DNA of 64,000 bases from Octopus sinensis (Eukaryota), in assembly GCF_006345805.1 (NCBI RefSeq), contig NC_042997.1:98022001-98086000 (forward strand), in the 5' to 3' direction. Under the pieces are notes generated by a model, which worked only from the letters and a program-made list of their open reading frames with translations, did not search any database and was not told the DNA's origin. Positions 1 to 13,195 of this stretch are shown here, in pieces. A program made the translations under genes and the position numbers. Position 1 is the stretch's first letter; each line of letters starts with the position of its first letter.

Positions 1-108
1 GTGAGTGTAGTGAGAGTGAAAGAGAGAGAAGATGAGAGAAAGAGAGAGATAAAAATGTGTGAATGTATATATATATATATATATGTATGCATGTATGTAT
101 GTATATAT

Positions 109-144
<36 letters not shown>

Positions 145-227
145 ACTCATATAGATGTATGCGCGTGTGTGTATATGTATAAATGTATTATGTATATGTG
201 ATATATATATATATTATATATATATAT

Positions 228-282
<55 letters not shown>

Positions 283-291
283 TATATGTAT

Positions 292-327
<36 letters not shown>

Positions 328-1142
328 ATGTTTGCATGTGTGTGTATATATATTGTGAGATGTAGAGAGACTGATAGATAGAAAGAGAGAGAAAGAGAGA
401 GGAAGGGTGAGAGGAGAAGGAGAGAGTTAAATGATTATATATGTGTATGGGCATGTGTTTATGTGTGAGAGGGAAGCTAAAAATAAGTTCAGTGATATAT
501 ACTTGAGATGACCCTTACAAAGTAGATAAATAAAATACTATTTGATGCCATTTCATTTGCCGATTACCTTCGACAATATCTTTCTTTTTATCCAACAACG
601 ACATTTAGGTGTGTCTCAATGAGATATGATTGCTATTGGCTGCGCATCGGTTGCATAGCATGCTGTTCATGTCGGTTAAATAATGTAGCAGCTGTTGAAA
701 TTGTTTTGTAAAACGCATGAGTGTTTATTAACAGCAATAATAACAATGGGATTCCGCAAAAGAATAACAATTAGAGGAACAAATAAGAATATGAAGCAAA
801 AAAGAAGTAGGTGAAGCAATGCATTTGCAAATTAATGATGTACTTATGTGGAAACTAATCTACAAAGATTTCTTTGGATTGACGTATCCTCTCTAAGTAG
901 CTACAGTATTCTACCGAATCATGGGATAATTTTATACTTGAACAGCATTAATTCTGCTCTTTATTCGATTACATTGAGCCACAACTAACTGTACGAATGA
1001 ACCGTTGGGTTTCACAGTTCAACAAATTCTCAGTTTTCAGAAATTTCAATAACAATAAAAATCAGTTTCTCAACGTCCATCCCGGGAAAATTTTAAGAAA
1101 ATTAAAATATTTATATTTTTAATACTACATAACACATTCTAC

Positions 1143-1232
1143 TACAGGCACAGGGCCTGACACTTTCTAAGGGAGGAGATTAGTTGCTTATATTGACCCC
1201 ACCCAGGTCACAACTGGTACTTGTTTCATCAG
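1143..1232 (-). mobile_element. SINE family B, 3' fragment
   Basis: Reverse complement of the family B core and tail (caactggtacttg...tattgaccccac...aggcacagggcctg), matching the copies at 22501 and 35624. Confidence 0.6.
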
Positions 1233-1240
1233 CCCCGATT

Positions 1241-1294
<54 letters not shown>

Positions 1295-1400
1295 TAATGA
1301 AGGATAAAATTTTTTTTTCGAAAAACATATTCTTTTCCCAAAAAAATTTTATCAATGGCCAGCATATCAAAAAATACCCCCAAAGGTTAAATCTATAAAC

Positions 1401-1885
1401 AATTCATAATTAAGGGCAAACGAAAAAATTTCTAATGCCAGATATGCCGAAAAGTTGGACATATTGTCGATTAACCATATAATTTTTTCACAATATGCAC
1501 GCTACTCGAAAAAAGGTCGACAGAAATTTCTAAAACATTCCATTATTACCATATCGGACCGATTTCAGGGTTAGCTTATAACAGTCCTCCCTTCGTCAGT
1601 GATACATGTGGCAAAAGAAATAAATGAGATACTTACTCATACCCATGGAAGAAGCGAACACTAAGTCATGAGCACAATTAAGTACCCCAAATACATCCAA
1701 AATAGAAATACTCCAGCCCATTCGAGACACGTGCGATTTGAACTGGAATGTTTTAGAAATTTCTGTCGACCTATTTTCGAGTAGCGTGCATATTGTGAAA
1801 AAATTATATGGTTAATGGACAATATGTCCAATTTTTCGGCATATCTGGCATTAGAAATTTTTTCGTTTGCCCTTAATTATGAATT
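1401..1885 (-). mobile_element. Fold-back element with about 142-bp inverted arms and an internal hammerhead; PLE-terminus derivative
   Basis: 1401-1542 is the near-perfect reverse complement of 1744-1885. The spacer holds a hammerhead motif on the minus strand. Confidence 0.8.
1552..1604 (-). ncRNA. Minimal type I hammerhead ribozyme motif
   Basis: Minus strand: tatca-CTGACGA-aggg...ccct-GAAA-tcg-GTC^cgata. Stem II is aggg/ccct. Stem I tatca/cgata has one mismatch consistent with CpG decay. Confidence 0.7.
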
Positions 1886-1886
1886 A

Positions 1887-1931
<45 letters not shown>

Positions 1932-1979
1932 ATATATCATGATAAATCTCAGAGCGAGTTTTTCCAGTGTCGATATGAC

Positions 1980-2035
<56 letters not shown>

Positions 2036-3986
2036 GTATATGTATATGTATACATTATTAGTTCCTATATATATACATATACATATACATACACACACAC
2101 ATGTATATATATATATGAATTAATTCTACTTAATTCGATCTATAGTAGAGTAAGAGAGAGAAGGGAAGGAGGAATAGAGGGAGAGCGAGAAAGAGAGTGT
2201 GAGAGCGAGAGAGTGGGGTGTTTCGTGATTTTCCTTCAGTATTGTTAAATATGCAAATGGTATTGACTGAAATATTCTCACCGTAATCTACAGTTAAATA
2301 ATTAATCACCTCGCAACGGTTACAAAAGCCTAGTACACCACCCTTTGAAAACAAGATGGATAAGGGGTGGCAATCTGTCATGACAGTGATTTATCATAGT
2401 TGAAAAAGCTCGTAAAATCCACAGAAAAAAAATACGAACAGTTGGCATCAGGTTAGGTGTTCGTATTTTCCCCTTCAACAAGTTTAAACCACGTGATGAT
2501 CCTTCATATCCCTTTGAGTTAACTGATTTCTCGTTATGACCTGATATATTACTGAAGAAAATATGAAGCGAGTGGATTCGGTACTGGTGAACGGAATATA
2601 ATACAGCAGGACAATTTCCTGAATTCTAGAAATTCTTTTCTTGGTTGTCAGTGTGTGTGTGTTTATTTTTGTGTGTATTTCTTGTTGTGGAGAAACAAAA
2701 ATTCGTCATATTCATTTATTCCCCAAAATGGTAAATGCGGCATGATCCATAGTACAATTCAAGTAACAAACATGTGCCCGTACTACGCGGTGAAGATATG
2801 AGCGTGTCATCTGATGCCCTGATCACAAACAGCACGTCCGAAATTAACATAATAAATATTTCGAATGCATCTGTAATGATCTGGCAATACATTAATGAAT
2901 TTAATTCACTGCGAATATAGTGGAAGCAATTAGTGTTATTTTTCTGTGTGTGATACGTCATAAACTCTTGTATTTCCAGAAGTAAGACAATCATGCTTAC
3001 ATATTGTTCCCTAACTTGCAAGCAAGCCATAATGACATCTTTAATCGATTTAACCAATCGATACAGACTACATGTTTTCTTATTCTTTAATTATTTACCG
3101 AGGAGCTCTTTTAAGGAAAGTTATATTGTTTTATATATAGATTTGTATAGGGAAACACTCAAGGAAACTATTTTCAGCATATGCATGGGTGGTAATAAAA
3201 AGTAGCGATCGAATTCATGATCAACAGATGTGAATTAATAAGAACATCAACAATATGACTGAAAGTGTTCTGCACACTACACAAACACGCTAGGGTCAAA
3301 CATTTAATTAATAAGAATTATTCAATAACTATCTTGAATGGTTGCTTTGTTGGACAGTGTTACCAACTGAAGAACGAATATATTGTATCCATTCTATCTC
3401 TCGAACATCGAAGCTATCATAACGATAAAATATAATTGTGGAAGGTATTTGCCTTTCAAATGAATTATTAAAGAAATCTCTATTCATTTGTTTTTGTCTC
3501 CTTTTATTCGTTTCCGTAACTGAAGAAAGTTAATTGATTATATTGACCCAGTACTTATTTTATCGATCTCTCGAGGGAACGAAATGTAAAGTTACCATGT
3601 ATACTTTCAATTTGGTCAACAGTCACGTTCCTACATCACATGACTGGTATTTGCAATAAGAATACTTCATGGGTGGATTCTGTCAAGTGGAGCGCCGTGT
3701 AAACTACTGCCAGGCATTCAGCTCTACAGTGTTTTCTAGTTTCCCACAGCCCAATGCCTTAGTATTGACTAATCATATCCATTTAGTTTTTGTAGATTTA
3801 TGAATATAGCTGCTTGATTCAATTCTAGTTTATTAGCAGTTTCTCTTGGCAGTGTAGTTGAGAAATTCACTATGGTTTCAGTTTTTGGTTCAATTGCGTG
3901 GCATCTTGGGTAAATATTTTTATATTGACTGTGAGTGAAGTTGAAGAACATACATACACATATATATGTATACACACACACAAACG

Positions 3987-4018
<32 letters not shown>

Positions 4019-4087
4019 CATATATATACATATACATATATATGTATGTATACATATATATGCATACACATACATACATACGCACGC

Positions 4088-4120
<33 letters not shown>

Positions 4121-4123
<3 letters not shown>

Positions 4124-5016
4124 CATAGAAGAAACGGCCCTTAATATCAACAAAACGGTGTGCGTGTTTATGCTTCGTAACTTAGCATTTCGATAAATAA
4201 GATTAATAATATATCAGATCTAAAAATAAGTACTTGGTTTCGATATAAACGACTAAAACCACTGAAAGCAACATCCCAACATAGCTACAGTGCAGATCAA
4301 AAGAATAAAATAGGCAAATGAATACTCAAGCAAAGCAAAAACAAGGCAAAGATATGCTAAGACTACGCATCATTAGGAGAGGACAAAAGCACAAAATTGA
4401 ATCAACCAAGGTACATGCAATAGGGGTATGTAAAATATGATATCGATGCGATATGTTACTTTACCGTATTCAGCATGTTAAATATAAAAGTCTGAACTGA
4501 GAAAGGATAAAGTAATGCTCTGTTATTCCAGCCAAACTTTTAACCACACTTATATTGATTATATACTTTTATGGTACGCAGCATTTGTTTTTCGGAACTC
4601 TGGCTACACTCTTACGCTCTAGTAAATATATGGGACAAAACGTGGTTCTGTTTTCGCGTCTGGTTGGATCATTAATCAAATTATTTGGATTTTTTCCAAA
4701 GAGAAAAAGTGGAAGAGACATAAAAGAAAAAACAACAAAAGAAAAATTAAAAGAAGATAAAAGAACGTGTTTCCATATTCAGCATCGGTATAGAAAGAAT
4801 CGATTTCATTTGTCGGATACTCATCGACTTGGTGAAATTTCCGATACATATAAATTTACCAAACTGTAAGAAAGATGATTCGGATGAAATTTAGATTATT
4901 GATATATCGATTGATCTAACGCCGGAATCTCAAGCGTATACCTTGAAACTCGGTATTCATTGAATGTTTCTGTTTTCATATTTTCTGTATGCATACATGT
5001 ATGTATGTATATATAT

Positions 5017-5051
<35 letters not shown>

Positions 5052-5935
5052 TACATAGAAGAAACGGCCCTTAATATCAACAAAACGGTGTGCGTGTTTA
5101 TGCTTCGTAACTTAGCATTTCGATAAATAAGATTAATAATATATCAGATCTAAAAATAAGTACTTGGTTTCGATATAAACGACTAAAACCACTGAAAGCA
5201 ACATCCCAACATAGCTACAGTGCAGATCAAAAGAATAAAATAGGCAAATGAATACTCAAGCAAAGCAAAAACAAGGCAAAGATATGCTAAGACTACGCAT
5301 CATTAGGAGAGGACAAAAGCACAAAATTGAATCAACCAAGGTACATGCAATAGGGGTATGTAAAATATGATATCGATGCGATATGTTACTTTACCGTATT
5401 CAGCATGTTAAATATAAAAGTCTGAACTGAGAAAGGATAAAGTAATGCTCTGTTATTCCAGCCAAACTTTTAACCACACTTATATTGATTATATACTTTT
5501 ATGGTACGCAGCATTTGTTTTTCGGAACTCTGGCTACACTCTTACGCTCTAGTAAATATATGGGACAAAACGTGGTTCTGTTTTCGCGTCTGGTTGGATC
5601 ATTAATCAAATTATTTGGATTTTTTCCAAAGAGAAAAAGTGGAAGAGACATAAAAGAAAAAACAACAAAAGAAAAATTAAAAGAAGATAAAAGAACGTGT
5701 TTCCATATTCAGCATCGGTATAGAAAGAATCGATTTCATTTGTCGGATACTCATCGACTTGGTGAAATTTCCGATACATATAAATTTACCAAACTGTAAG
5801 AAAGATGATTCGGATGAAATTTAGATTATTGATATATCGATTGATCTAACGCCGGAATCTCAAGCGTATACCTTGACAACTCGGTATTCATTGAAATGTT
5901 TCTGTTTTCATATTTTCTGTATGCATACATGTATG

Positions 5936-5940
<5 letters not shown>
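4121..5940. repeat. Tandem duplication, period 930 bp, bounded by (TA)n tracts
   Basis: 4121-~5010 is repeated at 5051-~5940. ORFs 4555..4869 and 5485..5799 are identical. The only differences I saw outside the TA tracts are two 1-nt indels near the 3' end. Confidence 0.95.
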
Positions 5941-6005
<65 letters not shown>

Positions 6006-6032
6006 ATGTATGTATGTATGTATGTATGTATG

Positions 6033-6066
<34 letters not shown>

Positions 6067-6102
6067 TGCATGTATGTATGTATGTATATATATATATATA
6101 TA

Positions 6103-6510
6103 GGCGCAGGAGTGGCTGTGTGGTAAGTAGCTTGTTTACCAACTACATGGTTCTGGGTTCAATCCCACTGCGTGGCACCTTGGGCAAGTGTCTTCTACTA
6201 TAGCCTCGGGCCGACCAAAGCCTTGTGAGTGGATTTGGTAGATGGAAACTGAAAGAAGCCCGTCGTATATATGTATATATATATGCGTGTGTGTGTTTGT
6301 GTGTCTGTGTTTGTCCCCCTAGCATTGCTTGACAACTGATGCTGGTGTGTTTATGTCCCCGTTACTTAGCGGTTCGGCAAAAGAGACCGATAGAATAAGT
6401 ACTGGGCTTACAAAGAATAAGTCCCGGGGTCGAGTTGCTCAATTAAAGGTGGTGCTTCAGCATGGCCGCAGTCAAAATGACTGAAACAAGTAAAAAAGAA
6501 AAAGAAAAAA
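6103..6510 (+). mobile_element. tRNA-derived SINE family A, full length, with internal microsatellite
   Basis: Head has A-box-like tggctgtgtgg and B-box ggttcaatccc. It contains a CORE-like ccttgggcaagtgtc motif, internal (TA)n(TG)n and an A-rich tail. Homologous copies are at 12239 and 30097. Confidence 0.85.
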
Positions 6511-6697
6511 AGAATATATATATATATATATATATGAGTAATTGTAAGGACAAGCAAGTTAGGCAAGTCAATATACAAAAATTAGTGAATACATTTAATG
6601 CAAGAAGTGTACATATGTATGCATATAAAAACAGTCCGACTTACACAGAATATAAATGATATCAGGAATTAAAGAGGTTGAGTAAGAGTTTTACGAA

Positions 6698-6788
6698 TCC
6701 AGCAGCTGTTTCTGGGGGCTTGATGATCTAAAATAATGACTGTAACTTGATTCCATCATCGGAGACCACCAGCCTCCGGCTTCAGGGA
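6698..6788 (-). ncRNA. Hammerhead motif, left-arm copy (A9 substituted)
   Basis: Minus strand: tcc-CTGAAGc...ggct-ggtggtct/agatcatc-a-agcc...GAAAC-agct-GCT^gga. It mirrors 7329-7419. Confidence 0.5.
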
Positions 6789-7328
6789 AGAATTTTATAT
6801 TTGTGACATTGACAGGATGGAGTTTAAAGATGGAATGATGTTGTAGAGAACTAAATGTATTAGGAAGAGGAGTTGGGGGGTGTTTAGATAGAGAGTTGTA
6901 GAGGAGAAAATAGATTTCGAGGTTACAGTTAATAACATAACGGTCCACCTCCGATACCAACCCAATTCCTTTGTCTCACTAACAACTACTTTTCACACCT
7001 TTTCACCCGCCTCAGCTACTGAACGAGTCAACTCATTTCCCTCAGCTATATAGCCATCCCTTTTCACTATCTCAACCTTTAACTCTATAGCCGTCACACA
7101 AACTAATACAAAAGTCATCATTCACGTACTACCTAACTTACCTTTCCCCATTTCTCCTATCTTCCACCTCTACTACTATCACTAACCTCATTATCAATCC
7201 TAACCCGAAATCTATTTTCTCCTCCTACAACTCTCTATATAAACACCCTGCCTTAACTCCTCTGCCGAATACACAAAATCATTCCATCTTTAAACTCCAT
7301 CCTGTCAATGTCACAAATATAAAATTCT

Positions 7329-7419
7329 TCCCTGAAGACTGAAGCTGGTGGTATCCGATGATGGAATCAAGTTACAGTCATTATTTTAGATCACCAAGCC
7401 CTTAGAAACAGCTGTTGGA
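7329..7419 (+). ncRNA. Type I hammerhead motif with extended stem II
   Basis: tcc-CTGAAGA (7332-7338), a long stem II, then GAAAC (7405-7409)-agct-GTT^gga. Stem III is the palindrome acagctgt. Stem I is tcc/gga. Confidence 0.6.
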
Positions 7420-7658
7420 TTTGTAAAACTCTTACTCTACCCCCTTTAATTCCTGATATCATTTATATTCTGCGTAAGTCGAACTGTTTTTTTATATGCA
7501 TACATATGTACACGTTTTGTATTACATGTATTTAATATTTTTTATATATCGACTTGCCTAACTTGCTTGTCCATATATTTACTCCTCTACCAGATCAAGT
7601 CAAATCTTTTGAGCACTACGAAGTGTATCCAGTACAGAGAATACCTCTCTCTAATTTG

Positions 7659-7848
<190 letters not shown>

Positions 7849-7917
7849 TATATAATCATATATATACATATGTATATGTATGTATATGCTCATATATATT
7901 TATATTAAGGAGAAATT

Positions 7918-8075
7918 CGTCGGTTACGACGACGAGTGTCCCAGCTGATACGATCAACGGAACAGCTTGCTCGTGAAATTAACGTGAAAGTGGCTGAGCA
8001 CTCAACAGAGACGAGTACCATTAACGTAGTTCTCAGGGAGATTCAGCTTGACACAAAGTGAGACAAGGCCTATGG
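7918..8075 (+). mobile_element. SINE central-domain fragment (resembles the cephalopod Ceph-type core; name recalled, unverified)
   Basis: cggttacgacgacgag...gatcaacggaacagcttgctcgtgaaattaacgtg...gtggctgagcactc. A diverged reverse copy lies at about 26925-27030. Confidence 0.55.
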
Positions 8076-8824
8076 CTCGGGAACGACCTTAGAACTTTTT
8101 CTTGCAATATACATACATAAACACACACACAAACAGACACACACACACACACACGCACACACACACACACATGCATACATACATATATGTATATGACTTA
8201 GTGTCTGTGTATTTTTTCGTGGGTGTACACACACACACACACTTGAACAAATTTATACATCAACTAAAATAACTTAGCAAAACATCCAAGACTTAAATCC
8301 ATCCATCCCTCCGTACATATATCTTTACACACACACACACACATATATATACATATACACACACATATACACACACATCAAAGTCACTAAAAGAATTAAT
8401 GTCCACCAATACACCACGAGTCAGGCGACTGATTTTCTGTTTAGATAAGATGAATTTATTTTGACTTTTCTTTGCAATATACTATTAATGTTTAAGTACT
8501 TTTTTTAAAACGGAAACTATTTTATCTCTACAAGCATCACGCCTTCTTTGCACCTAATATAACAGCAGTTTACTATTTGCAGTTCATGCTTCTTGCACAA
8601 AATTCTCGAGTAAGTGTTTAGATTGGAATAATGTCATAGTTTGTAGTAGTTTAGGCTGTTTAAAGCTATGACTTTGATTCTATTGCGTGGGTTAACTATA
8701 GTCGAAAATATCTGTCAATTCCTCTCCTAGAATTCCGGTTTTGATTTCTTCCTTTGCTTTTTTTTTATTCTTCTTCAAGCATTCTTTTAACGGCAGCTAT
8801 ACCTTGTAGGGGTAAAAACGAAAA

Positions 8825-8944
<120 letters not shown>

Positions 8945-11254
8945 TACACACACAAACATATATACACACATTCTTCCCCTTTCTCTCTCACACACACATG
9001 CAATCATTTTTTAACGCTAGAATATGATGAAAACCTATAAATAAAAGAACATTATCTAAGGAGCTCCAGATGTGACAGTACAATCTCTTTTGCTTCTGGA
9101 AGTACGTTGTTTTTAATTCATGCTTCTTTATTCAAAACGGTATAGTTTGATTTCAAGGTGATTGAGATGCTATATCTAGCAGATCGCACAATGCATATAT
9201 GCTCCTTCGTTGATTCGTAATGCGATGCAGAATCAGGGAATATGATTATCTGGTTTAACACACAGCTAACTTTTAATGACAATATGTAGCAATACCAGGT
9301 CACTATAAAATTCTTAAATTTTATATACTAAATTATGTTATAATTTCACTTCTATATCCAATAGAAGAAATCTGGATAGAACATTTACAAGCCTGATTTA
9401 TCTAGTTTATCGATGTAAATAAAAATATTTGATATTGTTTATTAGCGAAAGTACTTTAACGTAAAGCTGCGAACTGGCAGAATTCTTAGCATGCTAGACA
9501 AAATGATTAACAGCATTTCTTTCGGCTCTTTACGTTATGAACTCAGATGTTGCTGAATAAGTACCATTTCAGCATTGAGGTCAATGTAATCGACTTGCCT
9601 CTTCCCTAAAAGCTGCTGTTGTGCTCAAACTGGAAAGAGTTAAGCAAAAGTAATACTCTATTTTATGGATATACTTAAAGACTGATTATTGAATAAAACA
9701 CCGATCTATAGATGACTGGTGGGTTAGGATAGCTAATGTGACAAAACAGTGTCTCAAACATTTGTGGAAGAATATTTCGTATAGTGTGTTTGTAAAGTTG
9801 AAAAACGAAAGCGCTTACACACAAAATACACACTATACAAAAAGCTTCTTCCCCAAAGGTTTGTGACAGTCTACTTTATCAATAATTTTAAAAAATAGAT
9901 TATAACTTCTTTAAAATAAAAACACACACACAAACAACGGACTTCAGCTCTGTCTTGTCTACCAAACTTCATTTACAAATTAATAATCAATCCGAAGCTA
10001 TGGTGAAAACAATATTGAGGTACGAGATGCTATGCCTGTGCCCAGGATGAAAAGTTTTATTATTAATTCAATATTCTGCTCTGGACTATAACTAGATAGT
10101 CGAACAAAATGCATTTTTGTCCTTAGTTATGGCTCTTTATGTTCTGAGTTCAAATCCTATATTTATCTGTCTCGTTCGGGTTCAATAATTATAAAGTGCT
10201 TATCAGATTTAGAAGATCGATGAATCGACTATGGCCGCTCTCATCAATATTTGTGGCTTGAAACCATTATTGATTATAGGATGTTTTCCAATATATGCGT
10301 TTGTGTATAAATGCGTGAGTATTTGTGACTATATGTTTGCGTGTTTATATATTTCTGTGTCTATGTATTTGTGTGTTTGTGTCTGTACTCGTGTGAAGTC
10401 CTGAATGTGTGTGCTTATGGGTATTTCAGTATATGTATGTCTGAACATATTATTTAGAGCTTACGAAATTGTAAATGCACTGGTGTCCTTTTTTGTGCGG
10501 AGTATGCTTTATTTTTAATCTATATGTCAGCATCAATAACGCTGCTGTTACTGCTGTTGCTGTTGTTGTTGTTGTTAAGCAACAAGAGGGGTAAGGGTGA
10601 TTAGATGATGGTCTAGGGCTTAGGGGCGGGAGACCCTAGACATTGAAAAAAAAACTTTGGTCGTCTTGTTGTAATCGAGGGCTCTTCGTTGACGCCCGAC
10701 ACCACTGGGAGGTGGCCCACGAAGTCGCTGGAAATGGAGATCTCCAGCTCCAAATTCTTGAACGGCTGCTGTTGCTGTTGCTGTTTCTGTTTCCTTTTTA
10801 GCATCAAGTCGAACTAATGTATGATTAAGGCATTTAAGCCCAGACAATTAACAGAACAAGCAATTACTTAATCCTTTACCTGTCCAAAGCATTTTCATAA
10901 TTTTGTCCTTAACGTCCATGCTTTTTGCTAGGACTTGTTTTAAATGTTCTGAAAATCATGAAGCTTTCTTTACATAAGTTCCAAGTTACTGTGATGGTTG
11001 AAAAAAATGGGTATGTGTATCATATGTGATGCATGGAGGCCAGGGTAATATTCCTGTGTATACAGAGGACATGCAAAGGGTAAAAGTAATGGTTTCCAAA
11101 TTGTTCACCAAAGAACAATAGTGCGCTGCAAAGAGTAGATTTTCTGCAATTTAATTCAAGACTATTGTTACTTGAGCATATTGAGAAAAACTGTTATAGT
11201 TTTTCTTAAAAATACTAGATATGATTAATAAAAATAAAAAAGTCAAACGATAAC

Positions 11255-11590
11255 TAATCATTGGTCTGTGCCCATGCTGGAGCACTACCATTTTGAGTTT
11301 AGTCAAATAAATCGACTTCACTACTTAAGTTTCTTTAAAGCTTGGTAAAGTTACAGAGACGTAAACAAACCAGCCATGAAGTGTCAAGCGGTGATGCAGG
11401 ACACACACACACAAAAACGCACCAGCGCACACACATATACACACACATTCGATATACTTTTTTCAGTTACCGTCTATCAAATCCACTCACAAGGCTTGGT
11501 AGGGCCGGCGTTATAGTAGTGGACACTTGCCCAAGGTACCACTCAATTGTTGGGAAGCCAACTTCTTGCTAGAAAGCCACACCTTCGCCT
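11255..11590 (-). mobile_element. SINE family A, diverged copy
   Basis: Reverse complement of the family A head, the ccttgggcaagtgtc motif, the internal (TG)n and the tail. Confidence 0.75.
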
Positions 11591-11891
11591 TTACATATAT
11601 TTGCAAATTTCTATGTCTAAATTATCTTAAAACCTTTTTAAAGAAATATTTTGGGAAAAAAAACTTTCCATGCGAACCTCGCTTGTAATTACGTTTGATA
11701 GTGTGTTTCAATGTCAAAAAGCTTTAAGACGACTAATTTTGAGACTTTCTCATTTCCTCGTGTCACTTTCTGTATGTTTCTATGCGTACTATCATAAAGA
11801 GACGGTGTTTGATTGTAAATTTATGCAAAAATACACGTACATTTGTTAACCATTTACCCAATATGCTTGAAACCAGACGTATTTCAAATCA

Positions 11892-12050
11892 CGAATTTTG
11901 GGGATTTTGAAGTGATTGTATATTTTCATGTTGGGTATTGGTCTCGAGTTTTGGGGATTTTGGAGTGATTGTATATTTGCAGGTTGGGCAAGGTCTCGAA
12001 TTTTGGGGAATTTGAAGTGATTGCGTATTTGAAGGTTGGGCACAGGTCTC
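11892..12050. repeat. Minisatellite, 3 x 52-53 bp
   Basis: Unit cgaattttggggattttgaagtgattgtatatt...gttggg...ggtct, three copies. Confidence 0.9.
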
Positions 12051-12238
12051 AATTGTAAATGCATTTATCATTGACATGCCATGAAATAGCTTACACGTAT
12101 TATGTGACGGTAGTTGTATATAAATTTGTCGTTTGTCCAATGTCGCACATGTAACAACATTTTTTTTTGTGGAAAGTTTCGTTTTTTATCAAAACAAATT
12201 TGTTTACAACGCCTTTCATTTCAGATTATTAACATCAT

Positions 12239-12650
12239 AGGTACAGGTGTGTCTGTGAGATAAGAAGCTCGTTTCCAAACCACATGGCTCCGGGTTTAGT
12301 CCCACTACGTATCGGGCAAGTGTCATGTATTATAGTTTCGGGCCTACCAAAGCCTTTTGGGTGGATTTGGTTGACGGAAACTGAATGAAGCCCCAGGTGT
12401 ATATGCGTATGTGTGTGCGCGCATCCGTGCGTGCGTGTGTGTGTATGTGTGCCTCCTGCTCCGCTTGACAACTGGTGTTGGTATGTGTATATCAGCCCGT
12501 AAACACAACTAACGGTTCGGCAAAACAGATCGATGGAATAAGTACCAGGCATAAAAAATTATAAGTAGTGGGGTTGATTCATTCGGCTAAAAATTCTTCA
12601 GGGCAGTGCCTCAGCATGGTCGCAGTCTAATGATTGAAACAAATAATACA
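12239..12650 (+). mobile_element. SINE family A copy
   Basis: Collinear with 6103-6510, including the internal microsatellite site. Confidence 0.8.
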
Positions 12651-12679
12651 TAAATGATAAAAGATCATTAAACAGATAC

Positions 12680-12863
12680 ACAGTTCTATATTTAAGAGAT
12701 GAGGAATTATGTACATTATTTACATTATTTACATTTGACAAATATTTGTCGTCATCTTGTTTATTGTTAACACAACGTTTCAGCTGATATACCCTAGCCT
12801 TCATCAGGGGTCTTGGCGAAATTTCGAACCTGGGTTCTCATTCCTAAGGTATTTATCGATGTC

Positions 12864-12933
<70 letters not shown>

Positions 12934-13002
12934 TCACTGCCTAGAATCAAACTCGGAATCATGGGGTTAGTAACCCACGCTCTTAACCACTACGCCATAT
13001 GC
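12680..13002 (-). mobile_element. tRNA-headed, (AAT)n-containing, hammerhead-bearing element; left member of a head-to-head pair
   Basis: Minus strand: A-box TGGCGTAGTGG, 7-nt anticodon-like loop, T-arm ccgag-tttgatt-ctagg, (AAT)n, hammerhead, then a tail ending aaatatagaactgt. Confidence 0.85.
12769..12812 (-). ncRNA. Minimal type I hammerhead ribozyme motif
   Basis: gaccc-CTGATGA-a-ggct...agct-GAAAC-GTT^gtgtt. Stem III is the palindrome ACGT. Confidence 0.75.
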
Positions 13003-13007
13003 TCACG

Positions 13008-13107
13008 GCATATGGTGTAGTGGTTAAGAGCTTGGGCTACTAACCCCATGATTCCGAGTTTGATTCTAGGCAGTGACCTGAATAATAATAATAATATAAT
13101 AATAATA

Positions 13108-13138
<31 letters not shown>

Positions 13139-13146
13139 TGATGATG

Positions 13147-13195
<49 letters not shown>

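Larger units (their letters stand above)
6548..7572 (+). mobile_element. PLE 3' end with inverted terminal-repeat copy (about 375-bp arms), both arms carrying a hammerhead
   Basis: 6548-6925 is the reverse complement of 7201-7572, with scattered mismatches. The 275-bp spacer is C/T/A-rich and 3'UTR-like. A hammerhead core is present in each arm. Confidence 0.8.

Noticed and set aside
2798-2990. GPCR-like N-terminus (MSVSSDALITNSTSEINIINISNAS...)
   Set aside because: The frame stops after about 40 codons and no multi-transmembrane continuation is visible in any frame.
3365-3410. Hammerhead at CTGAAGA-acgaat...attc
   Set aside because: There is no GAAA directly after stem II, no stem I, and no flanking inverted repeat.
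4555-5799. Two identical 104-aa ORFs as a duplicated gene
   Set aside because: Their identity is explained by the 930-bp duplication. They have non-ATG starts and no recognisable domain.
13008-13075. Functional tRNA gene
   Set aside because: There is no complete acceptor stem, the B-box is mutated, and the sequence is embedded in a repeated element. It is treated as a tRNA-derived head, as are the heads of SINE families A, B and F.
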